A stretch of DNA of 61,950 bases from Candidatus Omnitrophota bacterium (GCA_023247035.1 JAHFHG010000007.1:1-61950); one strand, 5' to 3'; shown: positions 25,440 through 35,910, counted from the stretch's first letter. Notes: generated from the sequence alone by a model not told the origin. Translations and numbers: made by a program.

Positions 25440-25807
25440 ACCTTTTGGGAAAATTTCATTTGGAGTTCGGGGATCAAGGATTCCAAGACTTCTTTTTCTT
25501 CCGGGGATAAATTGCCTTCCGTTTTTTCCTTTATCGCAAGCAAAAGGTCGATGATTTCCCGGGCGGCTTCGAGGTTAGGCTCTTTGAGCCTGGTATCCGG
25601 ACTCGGAATTTCTCCAAGATGCATCATCGCCTGGATTCCGAGCGAGGTCAGGAGATTTAGAAAAGGTTTCGATGTCTTTGCCGCCACAGGCTTGCGGGTT
25701 TCCGGCTGCCGGCTTTTAGCAGAGATTTCTTTATCACGGCTTGTCTGTTCTTTCCAGCTTTCGTCAACTTTTTTTTCCGTGAATCTTATCTCTTTTTCCT
25801 GCGCCAT
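25436..25807 (-). CDS. DUF1844 domain protein
   Basis: 123 aa. FLNLLTSLGIQAMMHLGEIPSPDT...AAREIIDLLLAIKEKTEGNLSPEEKEVL matches the DUF1844 pattern from memory. Confidence 0.7.
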   Translation of the reverse strand: MAQEKEIRFTEKKVDESWKEQTSRDKEISAKSRQPETRKPVAAKTSKPFLNLLTSLGIQAMMHLGEIPSPDTRLKEPNLEAAREIIDLLLAIKEKTEGNLSPEEKEVLESLIPELQMKFSQKV

Positions 25808-25828
25808 TAGAATTTCCCCGAATTTTTC

Positions 25829-25910
25829 AAAAAAAAGAGGTCCCCGGTCCAGTGGGGATCTGAAACCGAGAACCTCTGTAGGTGAGTAGAGACTTGCGTC
25901 TCTAATTGCC
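25829..25910 (-). ncRNA. Candidate ~80-nt small RNA or terminator-type leader
   Basis: Downstream of the promoter below lies the hairpin TAGAGAC-GCAA-GTCTCTA (25904-25887). It is followed by the helix AGAGG...TCCCC-N8-GGGGACCTCT and a U8 run (25876-25829). There is no ATG inside. Confidence 0.3.
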
Positions 25911-25914
25911 TATT

Positions 25915-25943
25915 TTTATATCACTATCCTGCGGCTGTGTCAA
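25915..25943 (-). promoter_or_regulatory. Near-consensus sigma70 promoter
   Basis: Minus strand has TTGACA (25943-25938), a 17-nt spacer, then TATAAA (25920-25915). Confidence 0.55.
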
Positions 25944-26212
25944 TCTTGATTTTGGGGTGGTTTGTTCACCTGGGGCGCTTCACAAGCTTCTTCTGCCCGG
26001 ATCACTCGCCCAATTGCATTCTTTGAGACATCCACGCCATAATGCATCTTCATCCGGTGCGGGCCCAACTTCCTCGCGACGAATTCTCCCCTTTTTTCTC
26101 CAGGATTCGAGAAAAAGGACCCCTCCTCCACACTTTCTCAATCAATCTCTCTAAAACCTTAAAAAAAAATCAACTTCCGCGACGGGTGGATACCAGGTGC
26201 CTGGGGACTTAC

Positions 26213-26248
26213 AAAAAAAAGCGTACGAGGGGTTTTCCCTCATACGCT
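26213..26248 (-). terminator. Rho-independent terminator of dnaK
   Basis: Minus strand reads AGCGTATGAGGG-AAAAC-CCCTCGTACGCT followed by T8. The stem is 12 bp with one G-U pair, and it begins 23 nt after the dnaK stop. Confidence 0.85.
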
Positions 26249-26270
26249 GTTTCAGGCGCAAGCAAAAAAA

Positions 26271-28211
26271 TCAGCTTTTGGATTTCTTTTCCTTGCCTTC
26301 TTCGTCAACTACTTCGTAATCCGCGTCCACAACCCCTTCTTCTTTGGAGCGCTTTCCTGCCGGTTTGTCGCCGCCTGCTCCCTGCGGGCTTCCTTGCGCT
26401 TTTTTCGCAGCTTCCTCATAGACTTTTTGGGCAATCGTATGAGATGCGTTGGTGAGTTTGGTCATTGCGGCCTTGAGCATTTCCAGGGAATCCAAGCTGA
26501 GGGAGGCTTTGGCTTCCTTTAAGGCCTCTTCAACTTTTACCTTTTCTTCCGAAGAGACTTTGTCCCCGTATTCTTTTAAGCTTTTTTCCGTGGCATAGAT
26601 CAGACTGTCCAACTGATTGCGCTGGGTAATGGACTCATGTTTGCGCTTATCTTCTTCCGCGTGGCTTTGGCCTTCTTTGACGAGGCGCTCGACCTCGTCC
26701 TTGTTCAGCCCGGATGAGGATTCAATCCGTATTTTTTGCTCTTTGCCGGTTCCCAAATCTTTGGCGAAGACGTGGACAATCCCGTTCGCGTCGATGTCAA
26801 AGGTGACCTCAATCTGGGGAACGCCTCGCGGCGCGGGAGGAATGCCTTCAAGATTGAACAGCCCAAGCAGGCGGTTATCGGAGGCCATTTCCCGCTCTCC
26901 CTGCAGGACTTTGACGGTCACTGCGGTTTGACTATCCGCAGCCGTGGAAAATATTTCTGATTTTCGCGTGGGGATGGTCGTGTTTCTCTCAATCAATTTG
27001 GTCATGACGCCGCCGAGCGTTTCAATTCCGAGCGACAGAGGCGTGACGTCCAAAAGCAAAATATCTTTGACGTCCCCTTTCAGCACCCCGGCTTGAATGG
27101 CGGCGCCCACGGCCACGACTTCGTCCGGATTGACTCCCTTGTGCGGCTCTTTTCCAAAAAGATTCCGGACTTTTTCAATGACCGCCGGCATCCTCGTTTG
27201 TCCGCCGACCAGAATGACCTCGTCAATGTCCTCGGCTTTGATTCCTGAATCACGAATCGCCTGCTTGCACGGTTCGACCGTCCGCGCAATCAAATCCTCG
27301 ACAAGCTGCTCCAATTTAGCGCGCGTCAGAGTGATTAAAAGATGCTTGGGGCCCGAGGCGTCGGCCGTGATAAAAGGGAGGTTAATTTCCGTGCTCTGAG
27401 AGGTTGAAAGCTCGCACTTTGCTTTTTCCGCCGCTTCTTTCAAGCGCTGGAGCGCCATCCGGTCTTTGCTTAACTCGATGCCTTCGTTTTTCTTGAATTC
27501 CTGAATGAGCCATTCGATAATTTTTTGGTCAAAATCATCTCCCCCAAGATGGGTATCCCCATTCGTGGATTTAACTTCAAAAACGCCGTCGCCGATTTCG
27601 AGGATCGAGACATCAAAAGTCCCGCCGCCTAAATCGTAAACCGCAATCGTCTCGTCTTTTTTCTTATCCAGACCGTAAGCCAGCGCCGCAGCCGTCGGCT
27701 CGTTGATAATGCGAAGGACTTCCAGGCCCGCAATTTGGCCGGCGTCTTTGGTGGCCTGTCTTTGCGAATCATTAAAATACGCAGGCACCGTAATGACGGC
27801 TTGTTTGACAGGTTCGCCCAGAAACGCCTCGGCGTCTGCTTTGAGTTTTTGCAATACCATTGCGGAGATTTCCGGAGGCGTAAAATCCCGGTTTTCTTTG
27901 GGAATGGAAATGACGGCTTCGTTGTGTTTTCCCGGCTTTACTTTGAAAGGCACGAGCTTGCTTTCGCGCTCGACTTCTTCGAAGCGCCTGCCGATAAACC
28001 GTTTGGCGCTGAATATCGTGTTATCCGCATTGGTAATCGCCTGACGTTTCGCCGCTTGTCCGACCAATCTTTCAGCATTTTTAGTAAATGCGACAACGGA
28101 AGGCGTTGTCCTATTGCCTTCTTTATTTGGAATAACTTTTGGTTCCCCGCCTTCCATCACTGCGACACAAGAATTCGTCGTTCCTAAATCAATCCCTAAA
28201 ACTTTTGACAT
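26271..28211 (-). CDS. dnaK: Chaperone DnaK (Hsp70)
   Basis: 646 aa with [17 protein letters not shown] and [10 protein letters not shown] motifs. No grpE, dnaJ or hrcA is adjacent. Confidence 0.97.
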   Translation of the reverse strand: MSKVLGIDLGTTNSCVAVMEGGEPKVIPNKEGNRTTPSVVAFTKNAERLVGQAAKRQAITNADNTIFSAKRFIGRRFEEVERESKLVPFKVKPGKHNEAVISIPKENRDFTPPEISAMVLQKLKADAEAFLGEPVKQAVITVPAYFNDSQRQATKDAGQIAGLEVLRIINEPTAAALAYGLDKKKDETIAVYDLGGGTFDVSILEIGDGVFEVKSTNGDTHLGGDDFDQKIIEWLIQEFKKNEGIELSKDRMALQRLKEAAEKAKCELSTSQSTEINLPFITADASGPKHLLITLTRAKLEQLVEDLIARTVEPCKQAIRDSGIKAEDIDEVILVGGQTRMPAVIEKVRNLFGKEPHKGVNPDEVVAVGAAIQAGVLKGDVKDILLLDVTPLSLGIETLGGVMTKLIERNTTIPTRKSEIFSTAADSQTAVTVKVLQGEREMASDNRLLGLFNLEGIPPAPRGVPQIEVTFDIDANGIVHVFAKDLGTGKEQKIRIESSSGLNKDEVERLVKEGQSHAEEDKRKHESITQRNQLDSLIYATEKSLKEYGDKVSSEEKVKVEEALKEAKASLSLDSLEMLKAAMTKLTNASHTIAQKVYEEAAKKAQGSPQGAGGDKPAGKRSKEEGVVDADYEVVDEEGKEKKSKS

Positions 28212-28251
28212 TTTATTCTCCTTTTTTATGCCTTAACTTCTGATAGTCTAG

Positions 28252-28268
28252 ATCAAACTCCGTGCCAG
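28252..28268 (-). promoter_or_regulatory. Candidate sigma54 (-24/-12) promoter upstream of dnaK
   Basis: Minus strand reads TGGCACGGAGTTTGA, against the consensus TGGCACG-N4-TTGCW. The -12 GC reads GA. An overlapping weak sigma70 alternative is TTGAAC-N18-TAGACT. Confidence 0.35.
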
Positions 28269-28404
28269 GTTCAATACTTTAATACTTTTCCATAACTTCT
28301 TATTTAACAGGTGGTTAAAAATGAAAAACTCCAGCGACGCTCAGGTCTCAATAGGCTGGGAAAATTTGGCGCACAATATTTTGTGACTATTTGGCATTTT
28401 TTCC

Positions 28405-29772
28405 TTAAAGCCCATATTCCCGGATCTTGCGGTAAAGAGTCCGGCGTGATATTCCAATTCTTTTGGCAGCCAGAGATTTATTGCCCCGGCTTTCTGCTAA
28501 GGCTTGACGAATGAAGGCGCGTTCCACATCCTCCAGATTTTGAGCCTTGGAAGGACTCGCCGGCGGCAGGGAAGCGGGAGAGGGATTCTGCAGGGTCCGA
28601 ATATCCTCGGGGACAAGGCTCAGAGGGAGCTTATCCTCGGAACTGAGGACGATCATCCGTTCCATGATATTTTTAAGCTCCCGTACGTTGCCCGGCCAAT
28701 CATATTGCATCAGGGCCTGGAGGGCGTCGTCTTCAATCTTCGTTATTTTCTTTCCGTTGCTCAGGGCAAACTGCTTTATGAAAGTATGGACAAGCGGCGG
28801 AATGTCTTCTTTCCGCTCTCTGAGAGGCGGGACTTTGAGATAAATGACGTTGATCCGGTAATAAAGGTCGTCGCGGAATCTGCCTTTCCTTACTTCTTCG
28901 ATCAAATTTTTATTCGTTGCCGCCACCAGGCGGACATTGACTCGAATGATCTTGGCTCCTCCCACCCGCTCGAATTCCCCTTCCTGCAAAACCCGCAGGA
29001 GTTTGACCTGCATTTCAGGAGAAATTTCGCCCACCTCATCCAGAAATAAAGTCCCTTGATGAGCCCGTTCAAAACGTCCCACTTTTTTTTCGACCGCTCC
29101 CGTGAAAGCTCCCCGCTCGTGTCCAAACAGTTCACTGGCCAGCAGCGTTTCAGTCAATGCCCCGCAATGCACTGCGATAAAAGGAAAATTGCGACGCGGG
29201 CTGGATTCATGAATGCGGTGGGCAATCAGCTCTTTTCCCGTCCCGCTTTCGCCTTCGATCAAAACGGTTGAAGAGGACGGGGCGATCTGGTCCACAGTTT
29301 TCAAGACCGCCTTCATTTTTTTGGATTGGGCTAAAATATTCCCTTGTTCAAACTTTTCTTGAAAAAGGGCCCTGCGGAGTTCGCGATTTTCTTCCTCGAG
29401 AGTCAAGCTGGAGAGCGCTTTTTTGATGAGAAATTCCAGCTCCTCTAAATTGACGGGCTTCGTCAAATAATAATAGGCGCCTTTCCGCATTGCCTTGACC
29501 GCGTCCTCCACGGAGCCGTAGGCCGTCAGTAGGATCACAAGCGCGTTGGGATTTTCAGCCTTGATCTTTTCAAGCAGTCCGATGCCGTCCAGGCGGGGCA
29601 TCCGGATATCGGCCAGGACAAGCTCAGGCTTGGCTTCACGGTATTGCCGGAAGCCCTCCTCTCCGTCGGCTGCGGTTAACACGTCGTAATCCTGGGACTC
29701 CAGAAATTGCTTTAAGCCGTCTCTTGTATTTTTTTCGTCATCAACAATCAGGAGGGTCGGATGGATAGACAT
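28405..29772 (-). CDS. Sigma54-dependent response regulator (NtrC family bEBP)
   Basis: 455 aa. It has a receiver domain (LIVDDE, ADIRMPRLDG), an AAA+ domain with GESGTGKE and the GAFTGA loop, and a C-terminal Fis-type HTH (AAKRIGISRRTLYRKI). Confidence 0.92.
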   Translation of the reverse strand: MSIHPTLLIVDDEKNTRDGLKQFLESQDYDVLTAADGEEGFRQYREAKPELVLADIRMPRLDGIGLLEKIKAENPNALVILLTAYGSVEDAVKAMRKGAYYYLTKPVNLEELEFLIKKALSSLTLEEENRELRRALFQEKFEQGNILAQSKKMKAVLKTVDQIAPSSSTVLIEGESGTGKELIAHRIHESSPRRNFPFIAVHCGALTETLLASELFGHERGAFTGAVEKKVGRFERAHQGTLFLDEVGEISPEMQVKLLRVLQEGEFERVGGAKIIRVNVRLVAATNKNLIEEVRKGRFRDDLYYRINVIYLKVPPLRERKEDIPPLVHTFIKQFALSNGKKITKIEDDALQALMQYDWPGNVRELKNIMERMIVLSSEDKLPLSLVPEDIRTLQNPSPASLPPASPSKAQNLEDVERAFIRQALAESRGNKSLAAKRIGISRRTLYRKIREYGL

Positions 29773-29775
29773 AGA

Positions 29776-30936
29776 TCAGCGCGTTTTGTATTGAGGCAGC
29801 TGCAGTTTCGGGCGACGGATGGGCAGGAGCAGAATAAAGGTCGATCCTTTGCCCGCTTTGCTCAGAACTTCAATGCGGCCGCCGTGTTCTTGAACGGCAT
29901 TTAAAACAACCATTAATCCCAAGCCGGAGCCTTCCTCTTTAGTCGTAAAATAGGCTTCGAAGATATGAGGCAGATCCTCGTCTTTGATCCCGTCGCCTTC
30001 ATCTTTGAACCGGATGAGCGCTAAATGATCCCGGTGCGAAACATGAATCGAGATAGATCCCGACTCGGGCATTGCTTCCAGGGCATTTTTAAGCAGGTTG
30101 ATAAAAGCCTGCCGCAATCTTTCACGATCCATTAAAAACTGGGGCAGCGCGGGGTCGGGCTTGAAACGAACCGTAATCCCCTGCGCTTCAAGTTCCGGCC
30201 CTGTAAAATGGATCGCTTCTTCGAGCACCTGATTAAGGTCCTCGCTGCGGAAACGAAGCGGAGGCCGGCGCGCCGCTTTGAGGAAATTTCTCACAATCCG
30301 GTCGAGGCGCAGAGTCTCGGCTTGGATCACATCCAATGTCTTTTCAAAACGAACCCCTTTCGGATCCCGCAGATCCTTCATTTGTTTCTTCAACAGCTGA
30401 AGCTGGATGCCGATTGAATTTAAAGGATTGCCGATTTCATGGGCAATGCCGAAGGCGAGGCTCATGAGGGCTTCGGCCGAGGGCGATTTTTGGGGAGCGG
30501 GCTCCGACGGAGGAGGGAGCTGCGTCATTAAAATCAAAATCAGGCGTTCTTTAAAATGATGAAGCGATGTAAGAAAAATGCGCAGGCGCAATTCACGAGG
30601 CGATAAGATCTGAAAATCCGCGACGACTTTTTCATTCAAACCCGGAATGTGCTCCTGAAGAAACCGCAAAAGCTCGGGATCCAAAATCAATTCCGACACC
30701 CGGCGATTTTCACTTTTCTCGGGATCGATTTGAAGCCAAAGGGCGGCCTGCCGATTTATAAAACGAACCTGCCCGGTTTCATTGACCCAAAGGATCCCTT
30801 CGTTGACGTGCTGTAGAACCTGGTTGTAGAGGGCGTTTTCTTCGGCTTGATCGAGGACATAGCCCCGGAGCGTTTCCCTGTCAATCCGGTCGATGTGTTT
30901 TACGAGCTTACGAATGAAAGGAGCGGGCTTTGGCAT
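29776..30936 (-). CDS. Sensor histidine kinase (PAS-like, HisKA, HATPase_c)
   Basis: Start trimmed to ATG 30936 (MPKPAPFIRK), which still overlaps the trpF end by 29 nt. Has the H-box AHEIGNPLNSI and the N and G boxes NLLKNALEAM, DEGDGI and GSGLGL. Confidence 0.85.
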   Translation of the reverse strand: MPKPAPFIRKLVKHIDRIDRETLRGYVLDQAEENALYNQVLQHVNEGILWVNETGQVRFINRQAALWLQIDPEKSENRRVSELILDPELLRFLQEHIPGLNEKVVADFQILSPRELRLRIFLTSLHHFKERLILILMTQLPPPSEPAPQKSPSAEALMSLAFGIAHEIGNPLNSIGIQLQLLKKQMKDLRDPKGVRFEKTLDVIQAETLRLDRIVRNFLKAARRPPLRFRSEDLNQVLEEAIHFTGPELEAQGITVRFKPDPALPQFLMDRERLRQAFINLLKNALEAMPESGSISIHVSHRDHLALIRFKDEGDGIKDEDLPHIFEAYFTTKEEGSGLGLMVVLNAVQEHGGRIEVLSKAGKGSTFILLLPIRRPKLQLPQYKTR

Positions 30937-31564
30937 TTTGGCTTTTATGCGATTGGGCGATTTGAATAAATTGTTCCAGCAGGCGCGGATCTTTTTTGCC
31001 GGGCTCTTTTTCGACGCCGCTCGCGACATCCACGGCATAAGGATTTATCTTTTCAATGGCGCTTGAAAGATTCCGAATGTTCAAGCCGCCAGCCAGGAAT
31101 AGGCGGTCGTGGACAAAGGGCCGGTCCGCAATAATCCCCCAATCGAAAGTCTTTCCCGTGCCTCCGGCTTCTTCTTTCGAAAAAGCGTCAAAGAGAAACG
31201 CCGTTACGTTGTATTCGTCGATCCGCTTCAGGCTCATAGCATCTTTGATGCGAAACGTCTTGATCACCTCAAAACGCGCGTCCATAAAATAGTTGCAATA
31301 GAGGGCCGTTTCCTCCCCGTGGAATTGGAGAATCTTCAGGCCTAAGGAATTTGCAATCTGCAAAACTTCTTTCTTAGGCTGATTGAAAAATACGCCCACA
31401 AAATTCTTATAGTCCTTAAGCGCTTCCATAATGGTTTTGGCGGTCTGGGGGCTGATCTTCCGTTTGCCTTCGGCGAAGATAAATCCCAGGTAATCCGCGC
31501 CGCGTTCCGCAGCATAACGGGCATCCTCCAAATTTGTGTTTCCGCAAATCTTCACCTTTGCCAT
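30908..31564 (-). CDS. trpF: Phosphoribosylanthranilate isomerase
   Basis: 218 aa with a MAKVKICGNT start, QFHGEE and AGGLN blocks. Follows trpC. Confidence 0.88.
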   Translation of the reverse strand: MAKVKICGNTNLEDARYAAERGADYLGFIFAEGKRKISPQTAKTIMEALKDYKNFVGVFFNQPKKEVLQIANSLGLKILQFHGEETALYCNYFMDARFEVIKTFRIKDAMSLKRIDEYNVTAFLFDAFSKEEAGGTGKTFDWGIIADRPFVHDRLFLAGGLNIRNLSSAIEKINPYAVDVASGVEKEPGKKDPRLLEQFIQIAQSHKSQNAKARSFHS

Positions 31565-31594
31565 TCCGAAACCCTCCTTATTCTTGAATTTTTT

Positions 31595-32413
31595 TTACCT
31601 TCGCCACTTCTTGTCTTTGCCTAAGAGTTCACAGATTTTTGCGACGATATCCTCCGATTTCATAATGCAAGTCCCCACCAGAAAGGCATGGATCCCCAGG
31701 CTTTTGTATTCCATCAACTCTTCGTGGCGCGTGAGGCCGCTTTCCACCACAACCGGAATTCCTTTGGGAATGTGCGGAATTAATTTTTTGGCCCGCTCAG
31801 GATCCACTTCAAGGGTTTTAAGATCGCGGTTGTTGATCCCGATCAAGTCCGCGCCGGCCGCGAGCGCTTTTTTTAAATCTTCCTCGCTGTGGACTTCCAC
31901 CAAGGCATCCAGGGTCAGGTCGCGTCCCAAGGAAATCAAATTCCTTAATTCGGATTCGGTGAGGAGCGAGGCAATTAAAAGAAAGGCATCCGCCTCAAGC
32001 AGCGCCGTCTCATAAAGCTGGTAAGTTTCAAAAATAAAATCCTTTCGCAGGAGCGGAATATGCGTGACCTGTCTTACGGTTTTCAGATAACTGGGCCTCC
32101 CCTTAAAATAATGCGATTCGGTGAGAACCGATATTGCGGCCGCGCCCGCATATTCAAACATCGAAGCGATCCGCAGCGGCTGAAAGTCCTCCCGGAGAAT
32201 GCCCTCGGAAGGAGACGCTTTCTTCAGTTCGCAGATCAGGTTCAACTGGGCGGAATTGGAAACGGCCTTCCGAAAGGGCCGGATCGGGCGGGCTTCGCGG
32301 CGCTCGCGGTGCTCGCTGTGCTCGACGGCTTCCCGAAGGCGGTGAAGCGGAAACCGGGTTTTAAGCTCTTCCAGATCTTTTTTCTTATGGACAATAATTT
32401 CATTGAGAATCAT
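31595..32413 (-). CDS. trpC: Indole-3-glycerol phosphate synthase
   Basis: 272 aa with ICELKKASPSEG, LRKDFI and IGINNRDL motifs. Confidence 0.9.
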   Translation of the reverse strand: MILNEIIVHKKKDLEELKTRFPLHRLREAVEHSEHRERREARPIRPFRKAVSNSAQLNLICELKKASPSEGILREDFQPLRIASMFEYAGAAAISVLTESHYFKGRPSYLKTVRQVTHIPLLRKDFIFETYQLYETALLEADAFLLIASLLTESELRNLISLGRDLTLDALVEVHSEEDLKKALAAGADLIGINNRDLKTLEVDPERAKKLIPHIPKGIPVVVESGLTRHEELMEYKSLGIHAFLVGTCIMKSEDIVAKICELLGKDKKWRR

Positions 32414-33425
32414 TGCGCGTCATCCGTTTGACAGATTCCAGGACATGATAAGCCTTTCCACTTTTAAGGGTTTGGCCCGCAAGCCGGATTCCTTCAGAAA
32501 AATTCCGCGCTTTTCCGGCGAGGATAAGGCCGGCGGCGGCATTCAGGACAACGATATCCCTGACCGGCCCGTTAAGCTCTCCCCGCAATAAGGCCAGGGC
32601 GATCCTCTTATTTTTTGAAACACCCCCGCCGCCATAAGCGCTTTGGGGCGCTTTGTGAAAGCCAAAAACGCTGGGATTTAAAATCGTGCGGCTGATTTTT
32701 TTTCTTCGAATGCGGGCCACAAAAGTTTTTGCGCGCGAAGAGATTTCATCCATCCCGTCCCCGCTGTGAAAGACAAAAGCATTTTGGATGCCGATCCGGC
32801 GCAAGATTTCGGAAAACATCAAAACGTCCCGGCGCCGCGAGACGCCGATCATTTGAGCTTCCAATTTAAAAGGGTTGGCGAGCGGGCCGAGCAAATTGAA
32901 AAGGGTCTTCGTCTTAAGGGAGCGGCGCAGAGGCTGGACGCGGGAAAAAATAGGATGATACAAAGGAGCGTGAAAATAACCGAAGCCGGTTTTTCGGAGC
33001 GCGTGGAGCATTCGCTTTTTGGTCGCCGCGATATTGATCCCCAAGGCCTCCGCGAGGTCAGAGCTCCCGCAGGAGGATGAAATGGCGCGGTTGCCGTGCT
33101 TTGCAACTTTTCCGCCGGCCCCTGCAATCACCAAGGCGGCCAGAGTAGAAACGTTGATCGACCTGCTGCGATCCCCGCCCGTCCCGCACGTATCCATTAG
33201 GCCTTTGACAGGGACACGCTGCGCCGGCTCCAATTTTCTCAAGGCCTCCAGACAGCCTAAAACCTCTTCGGCCGTCTCCCCTTTTTTTGCCAAAAGCAAA
33301 AGGAGCGATTTGGTCTGGCTGTCCTTTACTTTTTGCTGAAATACGCGGAGGAATAGTTCTCTTGCGCTATTTTTCCGGAGATTTTTTCCGGTCAGCAGGC
33401 GGATGAAAGGCGTATTGATTTTCAT
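32400..33425 (-). CDS. trpD: Anthranilate phosphoribosyltransferase
   Basis: 341 aa with DTCGTGGD and [10 protein letters not shown] motifs. Confidence 0.9.
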   Translation of the reverse strand: MKINTPFIRLLTGKNLRKNSARELFLRVFQQKVKDSQTKSLLLLLAKKGETAEEVLGCLEALRKLEPAQRVPVKGLMDTCGTGGDRSRSINVSTLAALVIAGAGGKVAKHGNRAISSSCGSSDLAEALGINIAATKKRMLHALRKTGFGYFHAPLYHPIFSRVQPLRRSLKTKTLFNLLGPLANPFKLEAQMIGVSRRRDVLMFSEILRRIGIQNAFVFHSGDGMDEISSRAKTFVARIRRKKISRTILNPSVFGFHKAPQSAYGGGGVSKNKRIALALLRGELNGPVRDIVVLNAAAGLILAGKARNFSEGIRLAGQTLKSGKAYHVLESVKRMTRNDSQ

Positions 33426-34000
33426 GATCGAGAACTTAAGCGGAGGAAGTTTTTAAGAATATCCTTTCCCGCGGTCGTTAAAATGGATTCCGGATGAAAT
33501 TGAACGCCCCAAACGGGATAGCGCCTGTGGCGGATGCCCATAATTTCATTTTTCGAAGTCCAGGCGGTTATTTTCAATGCTTCCGGGAACGCCGATCCGC
33601 CTTGGACAAGAAGCGAATGATAGCGGGTCGCCACAAAAGGGTTCGGCAGGCCTTTAAAAAGCCCTTCCCCGTCGTGATGAATTTCCGAGGTTTTTCCGTG
33701 CATAATATTTTTCGCCCGCACCACTTTTCCGCCGAACACAAAACCAATGCACTGGTGGCCGAGGCAGACTCCCAAAAGGGGGATTTTCCCGCTGAAGGTC
33801 CGGATAACTTCATTGGAGATACCCGCCTCTTTGGGGGTGCGCGGGCCGGGAGAAATCACAATTTGCGCGGGCTTCATCTTTTGGATCGCGGCAATCGTAA
33901 TTTGATCATTGCGGTAGACTGCGGGCTGGGCCTTCAGTTCGCCGAAATATTGAACCAGGTTGTACGTAAAGGAGTCGTAATTATCAATCACTAACAGCAT
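33422..34000 (-). CDS. trpG: Anthranilate synthase component II (glutamine amidotransferase)
   Basis: Start trimmed from 34234 to ATG 34000 ([19 protein letters not shown]). Has the catalytic Cys in GVCLGHQ, and FHPES. Confidence 0.9.
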   Translation of the reverse strand: MLLVIDNYDSFTYNLVQYFGELKAQPAVYRNDQITIAAIQKMKPAQIVISPGPRTPKEAGISNEVIRTFSGKIPLLGVCLGHQCIGFVFGGKVVRAKNIMHGKTSEIHHDGEGLFKGLPNPFVATRYHSLLVQGGSAFPEALKITAWTSKNEIMGIRHRRYPVWGVQFHPESILTTAGKDILKNFLRLSSRS

Positions 34001-35483
34001 CGAATTCCCCGTGCTTTTCAATCGCTTGGATGAGAGCCTTTGCCTTATTGACGGTTTCCTGATATTCCTTTTCCGGGGAGGAATCCTTGACAATCCCGGC
34101 CCCGGCCTGCAAATAAAGATGATCCCCGTCGGTAAAGATTGTTCTGATGGTAATGCACATATCCATATCCTGATTGAAGCTGAAATAGCCGAGCGAGCCT
34201 GCATAAGGGCCCCGCTTGTCCGGCTCCAGTTCATCGATAATTTGCATCGCCCGCACTTTAGGCGCGCCTGAGACCGTGCCTGCCGGAAACGCGGCCTTCA
34301 ATAACGCAAAGGCATCAGCGCCGTTTTTGAGTTTCCCCACAATGTCGCTGACCAGGTGCATCACGTGGGAATAACGCTCCACGCGCGCGAAATTCTGGAT
34401 CCGGATGGAATTGAATTGGCAGACCCGGCCGAGGTCGTTTCGCCCCAGATCCACAAGCATCAGGTGTTCCGCCATTTCTTTTTTGGATTTTTTTAAATTT
34501 TCTTCCTGAATGCTGTCCTCGAAAGGCGTCTGCCCTCGCGGCCTCGTTCCGGCAATCGGACGGATTTCAGCCCGGCGGCCGGTCTTTTTGACCAGCAGTT
34601 CCGGGGATGAGCCGATAAGCCGGTATTTTCCTGAGCGAAAATAAAACATATACGGCGAGGGATTGACCGAGCGCAAGGCGCGGTATATTTGGAAGTCGTT
34701 TTTCACGGCCGGCAGCGCAAGACGCTGGGAAAAAACGACTTGGATGCAGTCTCCGGCTTTAATGTATTCTTGAATGCGGTTGACCTTTTGTTTGAAATGA
34801 GCGGCCGTCATATTGGACTCAGGTTTCAGATTTTTGTTTTTCGTCTTCGATAAAGGAGCCCGATGCAGAGGCCGGCGCAGCTTTGCAGTTAAGCGGGCCG
34901 CCGCTGCTGCGGCATTTTTGTACAACCTCTTCAAATTGGAGTTGGAAACTTCCGCAAGGACGATGATTGAAAGTGTTTTCCGGAGATGATCAAAAATCAA
35001 AAGTTCTTCGGTTAGAAAAAAGATCGCCTCCGGGATCGGAAGGCCGGGTTTGGCGCGCAATCGGATATTTTCAAACCTTTCGACATTCTCATAAGAAAGA
35101 TAGCCGACAAAACCGCCGCAAAAGCCGGACGTGAATCGTTCCGGATTGGCAAGCGTGTAGCAGCGGAGTATTTTTTTAATGCCGTCCAGGAGATCGAGCG
35201 GCGGTTTGACGGCCGGGAATTTTTTTTTTGGAGAAACGGCGATTTTCCCGGCTTTGCAGATCAAGATTGCCTTCGGCTTTAATCCGAGAAAGGAATAGCG
35301 CCCGAGTTTCTCCCCTTGCTCGGCGGATTCCAGCAAAAAGGCGTGCGGGGCATTCGAGGCAAGTTTCAAAAAGGCCGATACGGGCGTTTCAAGGTCAGCC
35401 GGGATTGTTTGCGACAGAGCAATCAGGTTCCCCTTCTTTGCCAGCCTTTTAAATTCCTCAAAAGTTGGGGCGATCTCATTCAT
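33984..35483 (-). CDS. trpE: Anthranilate synthase component I
   Basis: 499 aa with [29 protein letters not shown] and [10 protein letters not shown] motifs. Confidence 0.93.
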   Translation of the reverse strand: MNEIAPTFEEFKRLAKKGNLIALSQTIPADLETPVSAFLKLASNAPHAFLLESAEQGEKLGRYSFLGLKPKAILICKAGKIAVSPKKKFPAVKPPLDLLDGIKKILRCYTLANPERFTSGFCGGFVGYLSYENVERFENIRLRAKPGLPIPEAIFFLTEELLIFDHLRKTLSIIVLAEVSNSNLKRLYKNAAAAAARLTAKLRRPLHRAPLSKTKNKNLKPESNMTAAHFKQKVNRIQEYIKAGDCIQVVFSQRLALPAVKNDFQIYRALRSVNPSPYMFYFRSGKYRLIGSSPELLVKKTGRRAEIRPIAGTRPRGQTPFEDSIQEENLKKSKKEMAEHLMLVDLGRNDLGRVCQFNSIRIQNFARVERYSHVMHLVSDIVGKLKNGADAFALLKAAFPAGTVSGAPKVRAMQIIDELEPDKRGPYAGSLGYFSFNQDMDMCITIRTIFTDGDHLYLQAGAGIVKDSSPEKEYQETVNKAKALIQAIEKHGEFDAVSD

Positions 35484-35857
35484 TTTTTATAGATTTTGTC
35501 CGGATTAAATACTTTTTCTTGAGTCACGCCGATTATTTCTCCGGCCTCGTTCAATTCATGAACAAAACAGCTCCGGTAGCCCAGGTGGCAGGCCCCGCCG
35601 GTTTGCTTCACTTTAATAAGCACAGTGTCGCGGTCGCAGTCCGTAAGCACTTCTTTGACCTCTTGGATGTGGCCGGAGGTCTCCCCTTTTACCCAATATT
35701 CTTTCCTGGAGCGGGAAAAAAATAGGGTCTTCTTCTCTTTGAGTGTCCTTTGAAGAGCGGTTTGATCCATATAGGCGAGCATAAGCACCTCGGAGGTTTG
35801 GGCGTCCTGAATAATTACCGGGATCAAATGGTCGGCATTGAACTTAAAATCGATCAT
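35480..35857 (-). CDS. hisI: Phosphoribosyl-AMP cyclohydrolase (HisI only, no HisE domain)
   Basis: 125 aa with [19 protein letters not shown] and [10 protein letters not shown] motifs. ATGA overlap with the trpE start. Confidence 0.9.
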   Translation of the reverse strand: MIDFKFNADHLIPVIIQDAQTSEVLMLAYMDQTALQRTLKEKKTLFFSRSRKEYWVKGETSGHIQEVKEVLTDCDRDTVLIKVKQTGGACHLGYRSCFVHELNEAGEIIGVTQEKVFNPDKIYKK

Positions 35858-35910
35858 TACAATAAGCTCCTCTTGTGAAAAAGTTGAAGAATTGACCTAA
35901 CTCTTCCTGA

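Noticed and set aside
28212-28404. I searched the dnaK upstream region for a CIRCE/HrcA operator (TTAGCACTC-N9-GAGTGCTAA) and a sigma32-type promoter.
   Set aside because: No CIRCE-like inverted repeat and no CTTGAAA...CCCCAT-like pair was seen. Only the sigma54-like element and a weak sigma70-like element were found.
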